DNA of 63,783 nt, filler included, from Phoronis australis (Eukaryota; Animalia; Phoronida), in the NCBI GenBank assembly GCA_002633005.1. It is 5 parts of 5 records of this genome, joined end to end, with 100 filler letters (N's around TTAATTAATTAA, not from the genome) between each part and the next. Parts side by side here need not be neighbours in the genome. Positions count along the whole stretch, not along the records: positions 28,112 to 59,805 come from NMRA01000054.1; positions 59,906 to 62,579 come from NMRA01003505.1; 3 more parts are not named here. One strand, written 5' to 3'. Positions within the stretch are counted from its first letter, which is position 1. Each line of letters starts with the position of its first letter. The position numbers and the translations under genes are program-made. Positions 47,899 through 60,865 of the stretch are shown here, one piece after another. The notes beneath the pieces are model-generated. The model was not told the DNA's origin. It did not search any database and saw nothing but the letters and a program-made list of their open reading frames with translations.

Positions 47899-48946
47899 TA
47901 GGGCTGCAACGGTTCCACTCCGTTTTCGGTTCGGTTCCATTTTCTGGTCTCAGTTCTCTTGGCTTGGTTACTCTGGTGACTAATTATTCCAAAATGTTGT
48001 TTGTATTCTTGTCAAAATCAAGAGTTCTCATTATGTAACAAAAACATTATCTCTCAGAACAACTATGAAACATTGTACAAAAATATCAAAAATAATTGTT
48101 AAAAATAACACCGGTAGATATTTTGAATACCAGCGACTTCAAAACTAGATCCACACTGATGAGATGTGACATCATAACACTGTTGACTAATTTGAATACC
48201 TAGTGATGGCTATTCTAGAAAGTCCACGTTCTTTGCAAGGAAAATTAAGCTGGTGTGTTGCAAGACACACGCTCACTTGCAACACATGTTTCTAGGATGC
48301 ATTATAATTTCTTAACAAGTGGGATGAACAGTGGGTAGGTTGACTAGTTGATTTACCGGTACTGCACAGGAGCATCGTCAAGAGAAATTGACTGAATATT
48401 TATAGCTGAAGTGCTCCCTGGCAAGTACTTTGTTTTAGTCACATATTGTACACGGTCTTATATTTTTCTTTTCTCTGCTCAGAAATTTAGTTCTCCCATA
48501 CTGGGAGCTGCAACTTACATTTTACTTCACACACTGTTTTCATCAACTTTTACTAGAAATTAGTTCATCTGTGCTTTGCTAATCACAACTAAATATCATA
48601 ATGCATTTTAGAAAGCATTCACAGTTTATTTTATACACTTCTGTGTTGTTTCTGTAACTTCATATCAGTTTTGGTGCTGAAAAATAAATGCGGACATCAC
48701 ATCATGAAGTTGCTTGTCTCCAAAAGCAGTTTATGGGAAATGTGTTGTCTGATAGGTATTAATCACTAAAGCAAACATTCTGTAGTTATTTATTATAAAT
48801 CATTAATATTTTCTCCATTGTTGAAACAAAGTTCAGTTGAGTAATTACACTGGCCATCAGGTGGTGCATATCAGACCCAAACCAAAAGCAAAATATTTGT
48901 GGACCGGAACTGAACCAACAGCTCTTGGTTATCCGTTACAGCCCAA
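47899..48946. mobile_element. hAT-type non-autonomous element
   Basis: TIR TAGGGCTGCAACGG / CCGTTACAGCCCAA. Subterminal TTCGGTTCGG / GAACTGAACC. 8-bp TSD GTGATAAG / GTGATATG (7 of 8 match). Confidence 0.75.
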
Positions 48947-50305
48947 GTGATATGTGTTCTGTTGTGCAGTGTTTTAGAATGTGGAAGTATTTGAGCATAT
49001 TTGTGCTTCTGGAAATTCAGTTATTATTAAGTTTCATGTTAATTTTGATAGATTTTATTGTTTGTCCAAAGATAGTGAAGAAATGCAGTGAACATCTTTG
49101 TACAACTTGGAAGCATATTTTTGCTTTGACAAGTGTCCTTGAACATAGTGTTGTATATTGTCCAATTGTATGTGTTTCTTTAATTTTTTGTTGCACAAAT
49201 CTTGAGAAGTATTTCTAGTCACTCAGTGCTACCACTTTTTGTGTATATTTGCAAGATTTAAGTTTAATCCAATCATGTTTTGAAGCACTTGTTATATATT
49301 CTACTTGTTAAAGGCTGTTTTTTACATTTTAATCCTTTTGCAGCCAACTATCATTTTATGTAGTTTGTTGATGCACTGGTTAATGAATATATTCTGTTGT
49401 ATTGTGTATTACTATCTGACCACTCTGTTAACTTGTGACTCTTGAAAATCCTGCTATAGCAAGTCTCACATTTTACGAGCATACAAAAGTCTGACATGAT
49501 AAGAATATGATGTTGTCAAACCTCATCAAGGTACCTGCAAAATGTTTATTTTATAGTGATAGTTCATATTGCTGATAATGTTCTATACAACAAACTTTTG
49601 GCCCTTTCCCACCAAGTTAAATCCAATACTAGCGAAGCATCGATATTAACTGCGAAGTTAACTCAAGCTTTACCATTAACTTAGGTCATTAACAGACATC
49701 AGAATTATCGCCACATGACACTATCGTCATCAAAGTTATTGATCTTCAGTAACAACAGTGACTCATGCAAGTAATTCTGATGGACAACGAACTTGACCGT
49801 TCCCACTGACTGATGCTCCCCTAAGCACCAGTGGGCAAAGCCTTTTGTTGTAACAAGGTTAGACTGCTTTAGCAGCAAAACAAACCTGTGTATCGCATAT
49901 AAATTAAGTCAATCCAATTTTGAGTTCAGTTGATGATCAATTATTCAGAACCACATGTGATTTGCTACATTTTGGCGCCAAGAGCAATTGTCAGTCATTG
50001 CATGTAGTTATTTTTTGTTTTCAGTATTCCAGTCTGCTGCTTTCAATCAATGACTTGTGTTGATAAGTTGTATTCAATATCCTTTGTGCAATAAGTTTCA
50101 CTGTCCTTGGTTACTTTTGTGTTGTTTTGATATTTATTTGACCATGCTTGGCAGAGTGTGATTTTTAATATCTATATTGTGAATTTTTGTTTTGTAAATG
50201 AAACAATATTATTGCGTAGGAGAAATGATGTTTTTATAACATCGAGAGGCTTCCATGACCACTGAACACATTGCTTTGAGCCACATGCAAAGAACATCTT
50301 TAAGA

Positions 50306-50517
50306 CAGGGCTTGGAATGACGAAAGAGAAAATTTTTCCGGGAGATGTATCGTTACACAAATAGTCTTGGAAGAAAGAAATATTTTCTGTATTATAAAAT
50401 GTAACTGAAACGTGATAATTATAAAGAGACCAAAAAGAGGAAACAGGAAATCAAATAAGAGGAAATCAAAACCAAAAAAGAGGAAGTCCTCTTAAAAGAG
50501 GAAAATTTCAAGCTCTG
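50306..50517. mobile_element. Short hAT-like MITE; related inverted copy at ~62379-62579
   Basis: CAGGGCTTGGAA ... TTTCAAGCTCTG ends. Shares GATGTATCGTTACACAAATA and a GAGGAA-rich tract with 62379-62579 (reverse). No TSD seen. Confidence 0.55.
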
Positions 50518-51155
50518 TTAATAACCCATTTTGGCATGGAAATCTTTTTTAATGTTTGATCTTGCGGCTAGATTCACCGTTACGAACTCAGTTTGGCTCG
50601 AAGTTGGCCATTTTAACTCGCATACCGTACATGTCAAAAGTATTCAGACAAAACAATCTGTAATTCCCAGTCATGAGAGCTGGCAGGAAGCCGAATTCAT
50701 CGTCGGAGTTCCCTCTATAACAGTCTTTATAATTTTGCTGCTATTATAATAGTGAGGTGGCTAAGTCTTTATAATTTTGCTGTTATTATTATAACCAGTC
50801 ATTTTTGCTGTTGACAGAATTGGCCATCACGACAGGGAAACGCTATTTTGTCTGACTACTTTTGTCGTATACAGTAATTAACAGAATGTTTCTTTCACTA
50901 CTTTCAGTTCCTACTATCACACTTCATTTTTGAAAAACTAAGTGTAACATAAGATGTCTATACATTCTGTTCTTGTTGACTAAAATTTGTGAATAAATAA
51001 AACATATGACTTTTAAAAATGTGCATGTTGTATTGAGAAACGATTTTATTATGCAGTAAGTAGCCAAATTAAATATCTATATATATTTGCATTTTTACTG
51101 CAGCTGTTTGACAAATTCATAATTTAGATAAAATGTGAAGATTCAAAATTCACAG

Positions 51156-54100
51156 TTATTGTAAGAAATCTACGACTTCATCCAGTTCCCTCCTTTTAGC
51201 CTCTTTGTGAGCCCAGCGTGCCTCCGCCAACTGTGGCGTCACTTTCCACTTGTCGTGGTATATTCTGTTGTTGCACGTTGGACACTTCTTTCCTCCTGAA
51301 ATGTATGAGCAAGAATCTCAGATCAAAGACCATCATTTCGTGTCTGGACATGTATAAAATTGAATTTTCGCTCTACTCAAACGCAGTTCATCAGTACATT
51401 TGTTGCGATAAAATACTAGGTTTTTCATAATCTGTGACAATGTTGAGCAGGCAAAAAATTTACTTGCTACAAACTTATTGTAGTTGATGACTCTGACGTT
51501 TCTACCCTCATCAAAAGATCTTTTTCAACGAGTGGATTACATTTGTTCTAGTTTGTGCACTAAGGCCTTCAAATAAGTCGGATTTCACCATACTTGGATG
51601 AAAGCTCTCTGTCCATTTAGATTTCACTTGTGCAACTTTTACTGTTGTGTTATGATAGTTACTTTAAGGTAACTGTGAACCTTGTTTACCATGTTGTACA
51701 TGAGAAAATATCTTAAATTCTGGTGGCCCTAACCCCTACGAAGTATATATATTTTCTGAAAGGTGAATAAATTCCCTTACAAAATTTATTATTCTTATTT
51801 ATTCGTCTTCATTTTTTACGAGGTACACGTTGTTAGTAACAATTTTTTTCGACATTGAACAGAATTTTTAAAAATAGTCCTCCAATCATATTAGTCTTTT
51901 GTCAACATGTTGATAACAGCATTTTCAAGGAAACAGTGACTATCAGATTTTTGAAATAGATCTAAAATAATTTCCGACTTTTTATAGCATTTTAGAAAAA
52001 AACATTTTATTGATTTTTGAAGGCTTCGCCACGACAAACAAGAACCTATTTCAAAAATGCGAAACATGGTTCCCCCAAAAATGCCGTTATCAAAATGTTG
52101 ACAATATTTTTTAAATCTGTTCAGCCATAAAAAGTTGTTTTACTGAAAATGCATATTTCGTGAAAAGCAAATAAGAATAATGAATTTTGTTAATAAGAAA
52201 TATATTCACCTTTCAGAAAATATATACTTTGTTGGGGTTAAAGCTAACGGAATTTAAGATATTTGCAAGAAAGTACAACCTGGTAAACAAGGTTGACATT
52301 GGATACCTTAACTTTGATTATTGTGACATCTTTACCAAACTTGCACTACAAGGTCTTTACATAAATAATGTGCAATAGGGAGTGGTAGCCATACCAAAGC
52401 AGATGACACAGCTCAGACTGAGGTTTGTTGATGTAATGCAGGCTTCCATGGCTTACTGTGTTGCTGGATACTTGTTTTATTCATGATTTGTTTTGAACTG
52501 TTTGGAATTGAAACAAGATGGAATTCTCTATGAGTTTTTCTCAAAGATTCGAGGCTTTTCCATAAACATGGGAAGTCATTGGCATCTGAATGGTTCAGAC
52601 TTTTTTATGAACACCACACAGTTCTCCACAGACTGTTTAAAGAGGGCACTGCACCCTCTTTTAATTCTGGGAATTGACTGTGTCCTGATTTTATTCCTCC
52701 ACAATCTTTTGATGTTACATAATTATTAATGAACAACTCAAACACAAAAGATTTTAGTTACTGTACAGTGATTCGGTATAATTGAGTTTCATATAAAATG
52801 AATTGAAGTGTTTGTAGCAAAGAAAATGAGTGATAACCCCCTTATCTTATAATGAACTAGTTCCATTGTACATATTTTGTCTGTAAGAAGAGATATAATT
52901 AACGAAACCGTTACTGCATTAATGAAAACAGCGCTTTTGATACTGGGAATTGAAGAAAAACATTCTTAACACTGTTCAGATGATGATTAAAATCAAACTT
53001 ATCTTTAACATGCAGAGATTACTCATTCTTGCAGATTATCAAAAATGCAGGAAATGAGCTCTAAATTTTCAAAAAAAATTCTTAGGAAAGCCGGCCCAAA
53101 ATCCTGAATGAAAAGAAACAAACCCTTCGATAGTCTTTTGTCATATTGTGAACCCAATGTGGTCCAGCACGGTTCTGCCCTCTTTTAATTTTGAGATGTG
53201 AATAACATTGCACCAAATAAAATGTTCTATTGTTAGAGAATGCTATGAGACGCAGCTATGTAGATGTTCTGCGCACATAGCAAAGATCCTGATTCTTTTC
53301 AAAGATTGAGATACAATTAATTTGATTTAATTTTAACTGTATTTGTTCACCAATCTTTGGTCCAGCAACTTGAAGCAAGACAGTTTTTTGCAATTTAAAA
53401 TATATCCGACCTCAGTGCAAAAATCATATACAAACCTGTAAATGGTGGTGTTTTCATATAAACGTCAAGGCACCCATTGTGAAATATATGTCCACAGTAC
53501 ATCCGCTCAACATGCATCGGGTTCTTCTCGTCAGTTATAACATTCTGAAACCAGAATATGTCCAATTACTAAACAATGATAAAAAGATTACTAACAAACT
53601 TTGGTTTATGTTGCAGGCTTGCAGCTAAACTCAGTGCTAGAATGGCCATCAGTGAAGCAAAAATTTCACACAGTTTTTGGACACACAAAATTCCCATTAA
53701 CGCTGTAATTGCTGAACTTGTGCCAGCAAGAGCACGCCTTACTTTGTCTTCAATCATACGCAATGCATTCAAATACCAAGCAGACTGTTTTAAAACTAGT
53801 GCCAGCGACCAAAACAGCAATGTTAGCTACATGAGGTCTAGCACATAAAGCAAATGCAATGGATTTAATATGTGTTTGATTCAATTGAAATGCACTTAGT
53901 CATATAGACCTATCACTAATTGCTGCATAAAGCTATGAGGTAGCAGGCGAAATCGCAACCTCCTAAAGACACTCGAATAGAAAAAAGAAAAAAACTGAAT
54001 TGAAATGGGCAGAAAATACTAACGTGACCCATAGGTCCTTCAAAATGACCCACAGATTTGAGACCCAGTGGGTCAGTTGACTCGAAACTATGTTTTTGTA

Positions 54101-57100
54101 AAATGATCCCTGGATTAAAGTAGAAGAATCACAATGATATAAAACTATGGACGGCGCTGTAACCAAAAGAGTAAAGAAACAATACTTGGCTTACATCCAA
54201 AAATATTAAAAAATACACGGTGCCTCTGCCACTGGCAATAATTGCTTCACAGGGAGAAATTACACAGGTTAATAATTGATCATGCCTCATTATGTAATGA
54301 TCCACACAATGGAATATTGCTTCATGTTAACAACAGAATCAACTCTACTAATTATAATATTGAAAAAAAATTCCAACATCCAACAAAAGCCGAGAATACG
54401 TAGTAAAAATGGAGTTTTCAGAAATACTAAATAAGACGACATAGCTCCAAAAATCAAATCAAATGAACATGCAAATTTGCTCCCGACTAGCAGCATTTCA
54501 ACTGAACAGGATATTACCTGGGGGTTTTCTGGTAGTGCTCTCTCTGAACAACACGGACACCTTTCCAGAGGATATTTCTTCACACAATCTTTAATTAAGA
54601 ACTGGGCCACAGGTAGAACTGATGGCTTGGGCACAAATGGTGGGGCTCTAAATAAAAGAATAAACAAACTAGAAAATTTCATCTGTGCCCAGAGTCTAAT
54701 CTCTGGACTCGTACTTGACCCGTAGATTCAAAACTTAAGCAAACACGCTGCACTATTTTTGTACAATCTTGCGAGTTGACTCGAAGCATGCCATGCATGC
54801 AATTGGTCAATTTCAGAGTCAAGTTTCAAATATAGAGATTGAACCCTGGGCCCAGAATGCTACAAAAGCAAAACTATTTAATGCCGTGAATTTACGATAA
54901 AATATGTTAATCAATTAGTAACACAATGTTACAGATACACCCCCATGGGCTTACTTTTGGTGGCAGAAATATAACAAGTTCAACCTATGGACATACGATA
55001 AAATGTGCCGTTTACGAGATACTCTACACGTCCAACATGTGCATAGAAAGTTCTAATCAAAGTACACGTTGTACTTAACTGCTAAAAATAGCTTTCTAAA
55101 ATATGCCACACACACAACATTGACAATTATATACACCACGCTCACTTTCAATATTTTATTCCTTTTCAAATTCATGTCCTGGAGATTTGTAAATCCTCAT
55201 ACTTGACACCAAATCTTGATAAAGCTTCACATAACTCGACCTAATTACGAGGGGATACTCAACTTACTTTGGGTTCTTTTTGAGGGGAGGTTGTATACAC
55301 TGCCTGGCAATCTCTGTGGACTGGCCATTGAAATAGGCTAACAGAAGGGCTGGGAAGTTGTGCTCTGCTATTTCGACACTGAAACAAGATTCATTAGTGG
55401 CAGAATTACCTGAAGAAAAAATACATTAGATAGCAAAACCAAAACTGGACACGCTAAAATGAAACTGCAATTCAACGTGATGATGGTTGGGCATAAGTGA
55501 ATTCAATGACATGGTGGATGTCTGTCTTGACTGGGAATTTAACTGAACTTTGACAAGATGGTAACTCCATTCTGTAATTAAAATTGCTCTACTCCGTTTT
55601 TGAAAGAAAGTGCAGGACAAACTTTAATTAATCAAACAAATTACGACACCTCAGGAATGGATAAATCACATTATGCATCTACAAGACAGTAAACCATATG
55701 AGTTTATGGGTAGCAAGACATGCCACAATTTGCACTAAAGATGAATATTGTACTTGGGTCTGAGTATTACAAGTACATGTACAGGGTTCAAACTTCAACA
55801 AATGTGTTGCCTTTTAAGTAATATGCAGGGATGGCCATTAGCGAAACAAAGAAATGGATGAATTCAAATGCGACTACTGTAAACATTTTTACAATAATGT
55901 GCTCAAATTCTGAACACAAACATATAATATTTTTGTTATGCACACACCACCGTCTATAGAATAGTAAAAATGTTAATATTAATTAGAACTAACCCAACAT
56001 TAAATTCAGTACAGCTTGCAGTTAATTCCAACTTATTTAGCACAGGATCTGGCCGAAAAGTGAGATTTTATTATCTAGAATTTCTCTACAAATTTAACCT
56101 AAGGATTAAGAACATTTCTGTATATTACAAGCACAGTTTGCAGTGTGTAGACGTCATAAACAATATTTGCTTAAGTTTCCATTATTTGCAAAAATGTAGA
56201 AGTAATCAGCCATTTTAACAATTATTATTTTTGTTCAAAATAAGTGGAGAATTTCCATAATTTAGGGCTCTTGCAGCAGTCTCAAGAACACAGGTTATTG
56301 GATACTTACCTTACTTGCGTCAGTGGATATACTTCCGGTATATTTAGTTTAAATTTCAGGAAGTATTTCTCCTGAACAACTTTAAATGCCAGTTGCGATG
56401 CTTTCTGTTTAAGTTTGAGTTCATCGCAGGCCTCCATGAAGTCTTTATTGATCTTGTTTATTTCGTCCCGGCACACACACAGTGGGTTCTCGTCAATGAA
56501 CTTACGAAGAAACTTCAAAATAAGCATCACCTGAAATAAAATAAAGAACTCTTCAATAAAAACAATAATATTGGTAAATCTGCAGCACTTCGTGAATCCA
56601 CAAATGTTTCACACACGTTTCAATACAAAGCATATCCACAATTCTGATACCTTTTTACAGTATTTTTAAATTCAAATTGTATGCCCTACCATTTGCAGTA
56701 AAAGTTCAGTTTGGGACAGTGAAAATCGAAAGTTGAAGCTTGTACCAAATTTTAGAAATAGGCAATATTATATATCCAAAATCAAGGTGGCTTTTTCCAA
56801 CAACTTTATGAATGCCAATGATACAAAATGCAGTAACCCATATTTCAAAAATATGAAAAATGCCAAAATTTTCCATTTGCCAATCTTCATAATCAAGAAA
56901 ATGAGATTTTGGCTTGAATCACACTGTCCCATACTTGAGATTTTTTACCATATTAAAAGTTTCGGTAGCACATCAGGAGAAAAATATCAATTCAAGACTA
57001 TTAGTGCAGGTAAATTTCACGCAATTGGTACTACATAGTGTGTGGTCGACTTTAAAAGTAGTACTTTAGTGTTAAGCTGAATTCTAACCTGTTGTCCACC

Positions 57101-58318
57101 CAAGTATTTCTTGGCCTCCTGCTCACACACATTTGCCAAACCACCAAGTAGTTTCTCATCGAGAGTCTTACTCTTTAGTTCCACCACTAGCGGGGAGTGC
57201 GGGTAGTTGTTTGAAAAGTGTAGCAAAGCTATCAACTGCTTGTGTTGGGTCCTCCTGAAACCAGAGACAACAAATCCTGTAGCTACAATACTAGTAGTTC
57301 AAGGATCATGGTTGTAACCCTAGACATAACACTGACCCAGGTGACCTTGTTACAGTTTCTCAAACTATGGATTTCTAAATTTGTGAATTGTGGGATGAGT
57401 AAATCCCCACGTACCATTTCTCTTGTGAAAAATTAGAGAGTGGATAACACAGTTGTTTCCTGACATAGCCAGAATTCATCTCACCAGAGGTGATGACAGT
57501 AAGTTGCAGTTATCAAAGCTCGACAACTAAGGTTTGGAAAGATAATGTGACGTGACGTTAACTGGACCCAGAACACTGAAGAGAAAACAAATAGTGACTT
57601 AAAATATTTTTACAGTGCATACTTTTGATTTTGCCAGCCAGTGATGCTTCAAGTAGACACGTGCGTAATTGTGCATACAGAAATTAAATCGCTGCATATA
57701 GATTAGTTTAAGCATATTGAATCAGGCATTTCCACCTTTGACAACCTGGCAATCAAACAGAAGAACTGCCATATCATGATAAAAATATACCCACATCACG
57801 AATCTAAAGATTTCAATTCATCACAAATCAGGCACCATATTCGCAGCCCTAAATTTTGATAAATATGCAACCAGTAACCCGAATTTTCAAAGTATCCAAA
57901 TAAAGTGTTAACCCAGACCAACAAGTTATTGGGATAAAAATTTTGACGTAATGACTTACAATTTTGAAAACTGCCACAATAAGTTCCTTAAATTTACCAA
58001 AATATACCTTGTCTGGGCCAAGTTGCAGAGACATTACAAGCTGGATGACAACAATGATGTCACACCGGCACACGCTTCATTTCCATTAAACAATGAACTT
58101 GACGTCATGCGACAACTAAAGGTATTTAGCGGACAAGTTTTTAAGTTTTGTGGTGCCTATGCCTGCATCGCATGTTTCTCTATGCTGAAAACTTACTCAA
58201 TCTTTACTCTGACCACCTCTGGAACACAGGCGATCAACTCAGAACCTTCTATCTTCTGTTCGCAGTCTCGTTTGACATCTTTTAGTTCCTCTTGTATGAA
58301 CACTAAGTCCACTCCCAT
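51156..58318 (-). CDS. RWD(-RWD)-RING-H2 protein, putative E3 ubiquitin ligase, 7 coding exons, 332 aa
   Basis: Exons 58318-58197, 57254-57089, 56530-56310, 55378-55268, 54647-54518, 53544-53436 and 51295-51156 total 999 nt, all GT-AG and phase-compatible. RWD-like FSNNYPHSP and IPEVYPLTQ. RING-H2 CPCC...CGHIFHNGC...CPTC. Confidence 0.88.
51668..52307. mobile_element. Kolobok-like MITE (TTAA TSD, ~150-bp TIRs)
   Basis: TTAA|GGTA...AACCTTGTTTACCA.GTTGTAC...TTTTCTGAAAGGTGAATA versus TATTCACCTTTCAGAAAA...GTACAACCTGGTAAACAAGGTT...TACC|TTAA. Confidence 0.8.
54683..54855. mobile_element. Small inverted-repeat MITE (Harbinger-like ends)
   Basis: CTGTGCCCAGAGTCTAATCTCT versus AGAGATTGAACCCTGGGCCCAG. 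Confidence 0.45.
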
Positions 58319-59522
58319 CAGCAAAATATTGCAAAATCTACAAAATACAACTAAGCTGAAACATCTTGTCAAAACCAGAGGATTTCATTAAAATATATTT
58401 TAGTGATCAGTGAACTGGCCCAAAAATTAAAGTTGATTTTGGTCTTAACACGATTCATTTTGAGAATTGCGCTCACTGACTAAAAAAGAGAGAATAAAAA
58501 TGCCAGCCAGCCTCAACTTCAGCTATTAGGTCTTGTATACCACACAATTTGATTTTCGAAAAACACAAACCCAAACCGATTATGCTTTTTTGGCCAAACC
58601 AACATTAGCTAAACACCTTCTTTTCTGGATACAATCTTACACCACATTGGAGTGCCATCTTTGAAAATCAATGTTTTGTTTTATGTTTTGGAGTGGGACC
58701 CTTTGTTTTGGTTCCTTCATATATTAGTAGGAACTTATTGTGTCTAAGAACAGGTATTATAAAACCATGGGTTAAATGGAGACGAGTGAGCTCTTCAGCA
58801 AGAGTCACTGTCAGTATCTTGGATTATTCTGGGTTAATGTTTGCAATTTCGGCTTGAACCTGATTAATGCATTGTGGGACATTGAGACCCAAGGACCTGA
58901 ACCAGATTGACAATACAGCTGATGCAATGTATTGTGGAGGAGATTAGACGCTGCTGCCATCTGAAGTGGCTCACACGGCTGCCCTCTGTGATACGAAAGC
59001 TTTTCCACAAACTACGCCTCACACTGGCTAAACCATCCAGGGCTCGACCTTTATCATCAATTTAATTCCCCAAATTCCACCTGGCAAAATTCCCAGGTGC
59101 CAAACAGAAACTAAGGTCACCAAAACACCGAAACCTTGCACCAGGGTTGTCCTGGCTTCTACAAAGGTCGCATGGTCGGCAAGAGCTGAACTTGAAACAG
59201 AGTTAACTGAAGTGAAACCCAGAGAAACCCAGAAAATGTTTGCCAATGGATCCCAGATCGCCCGAATGGCTCACCTCACAAGGCAGAAGCAGACGATAGG
59301 CACAAGTTGCAATTCATAAACAGATTAATTTCAGACTTTTTGCCAACTGTTTAATTCTTGAAGTATTTTGAACACATCCTCAGATGGATGTGTGGAAACC
59401 TCAGATTTTTACCGTGTTGCCCAACAAAATCACAAGGTCACATTGGCAATCCGCAAGTCGCCAAATCGAGCCAAGTCATGTAAGCCTAAGCACTTTTTTA
59501 AGTGATTATATAGTCCGGTTAC

Positions 59523-59675
59523 CTATTGTCGTCAGGCTCCAAAGGTCGTCCGCCATCTTGTTTCGTGTGCAGCGCAACCACGCGGGACTTAGCGTTCCAA
59601 TTTGGAGTGCTCGTGTGCACGTTAGGTACTAACTTATCGGAAGAGACACGTATCAAAGTAATGAGACAAAAATCG
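59523..59675. promoter_or_regulatory. Putative bidirectional promoter with two divergent first exons
   Basis: CpG-rich patch. On -: CAAGATGGCGG (YY1-like) and donor G|GTAACC at 59523. On +: ATG at 59661 and donor TCG|GTGAGT at 59675. Confidence 0.55.
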
Positions 59676-60865
59676 GTGAGTTTACCGATTGTTTTTTAAA
59701 ACCACTTAAAAATCAGTAGATTTTACTAATACACTTTTTTGTGCGTTTTCAGAAGATGTTTTCGAATTTAAATTTTCTTCCGACGGGACACAAAACATGA
59801 TCCAGNNNNNNNNNNNNNNNNNNNNNNNNNNNNNNNNNNNNNNNNNNNNTTAATTAATTAANNNNNNNNNNNNNNNNNNNNNNNNNNNNNNNNNNNNNNN
59901 NNNNNAACACTATGGTAACTGCTGTAATTGAGAAAGGACAAATATTAGATTCTATCTTGTTAGCTGTAAACGGCTCTCAGCGCAAAAGCTTAGTTTTGAC
60001 TTCTGATCAACACCACGTGAGGTTAGGAAACTGTTAGTTGTAAACTCGCTCTCATCCACAAAATCTTACTTTTGATCACCACCAAGCGTAGTTATGAAGC
60101 TAGTCTCAAATTGTTCCTTCTTTAAAAGGACTGACAGTTGAGCCAAGACACTGTAATTTGGCTTGTCACGGCGTCTAATTTTATGCGCCCTCTTTGGTCT
60201 CACTTTGGAAGCACTTTTCATCTGAGTTGGAAATAAGTTGCCGTTTTTATAAGGGCAAGCGGCCGAAGTCAGAAATTAGTTTCTTTCACGAAACGCAGGC
60301 TTGTAGGCCTATGCGCTTTGAATAAAGCATTTGAACCGATGGCGATTGAAACATTCGGATACCAAAAACTGCATTTTTGTCTAACTAAATGTGTTTAGCG
60401 GGACAATGATCACATGAAAGAGAAGTGAGGTCTCGTAGACGACGGAACAGGCCAAGTAGTATCGAGAACTTTTGTGGACAAAATAGTGATGCTTGAAACT
60501 GTCTAGTTTCTAGTTAGCGTTTGTGTCTCAAATGTGTGACTTTGGACAGTCGTCGTTCAAATGTTTTATAGGCGCATTTGGGGGACACCGCGAAAAAAAT
60601 GTTGACGGCATGCCGTTTTTCCCTCGAAAATAGTGGTTGCAAGCTTAACTTTGTTAAGAAAAGGTCTCTTCCTGCATCTTTTATTTCGGAGGTCATTGTG
60701 TGGAATGGTCGCTGTCTTCAGGCTGCCTGGGGATCTGACGTTATGTGATGCTGTGTTGGAGTGTACACTCCGTATGATCACTGCCGACTTCTTAACAATG
60801 TCATCAACGTGTGTTTACTCAAATTTCTAACCTGTGTAACCCATACCTTTTTATTCCCTGACTAG

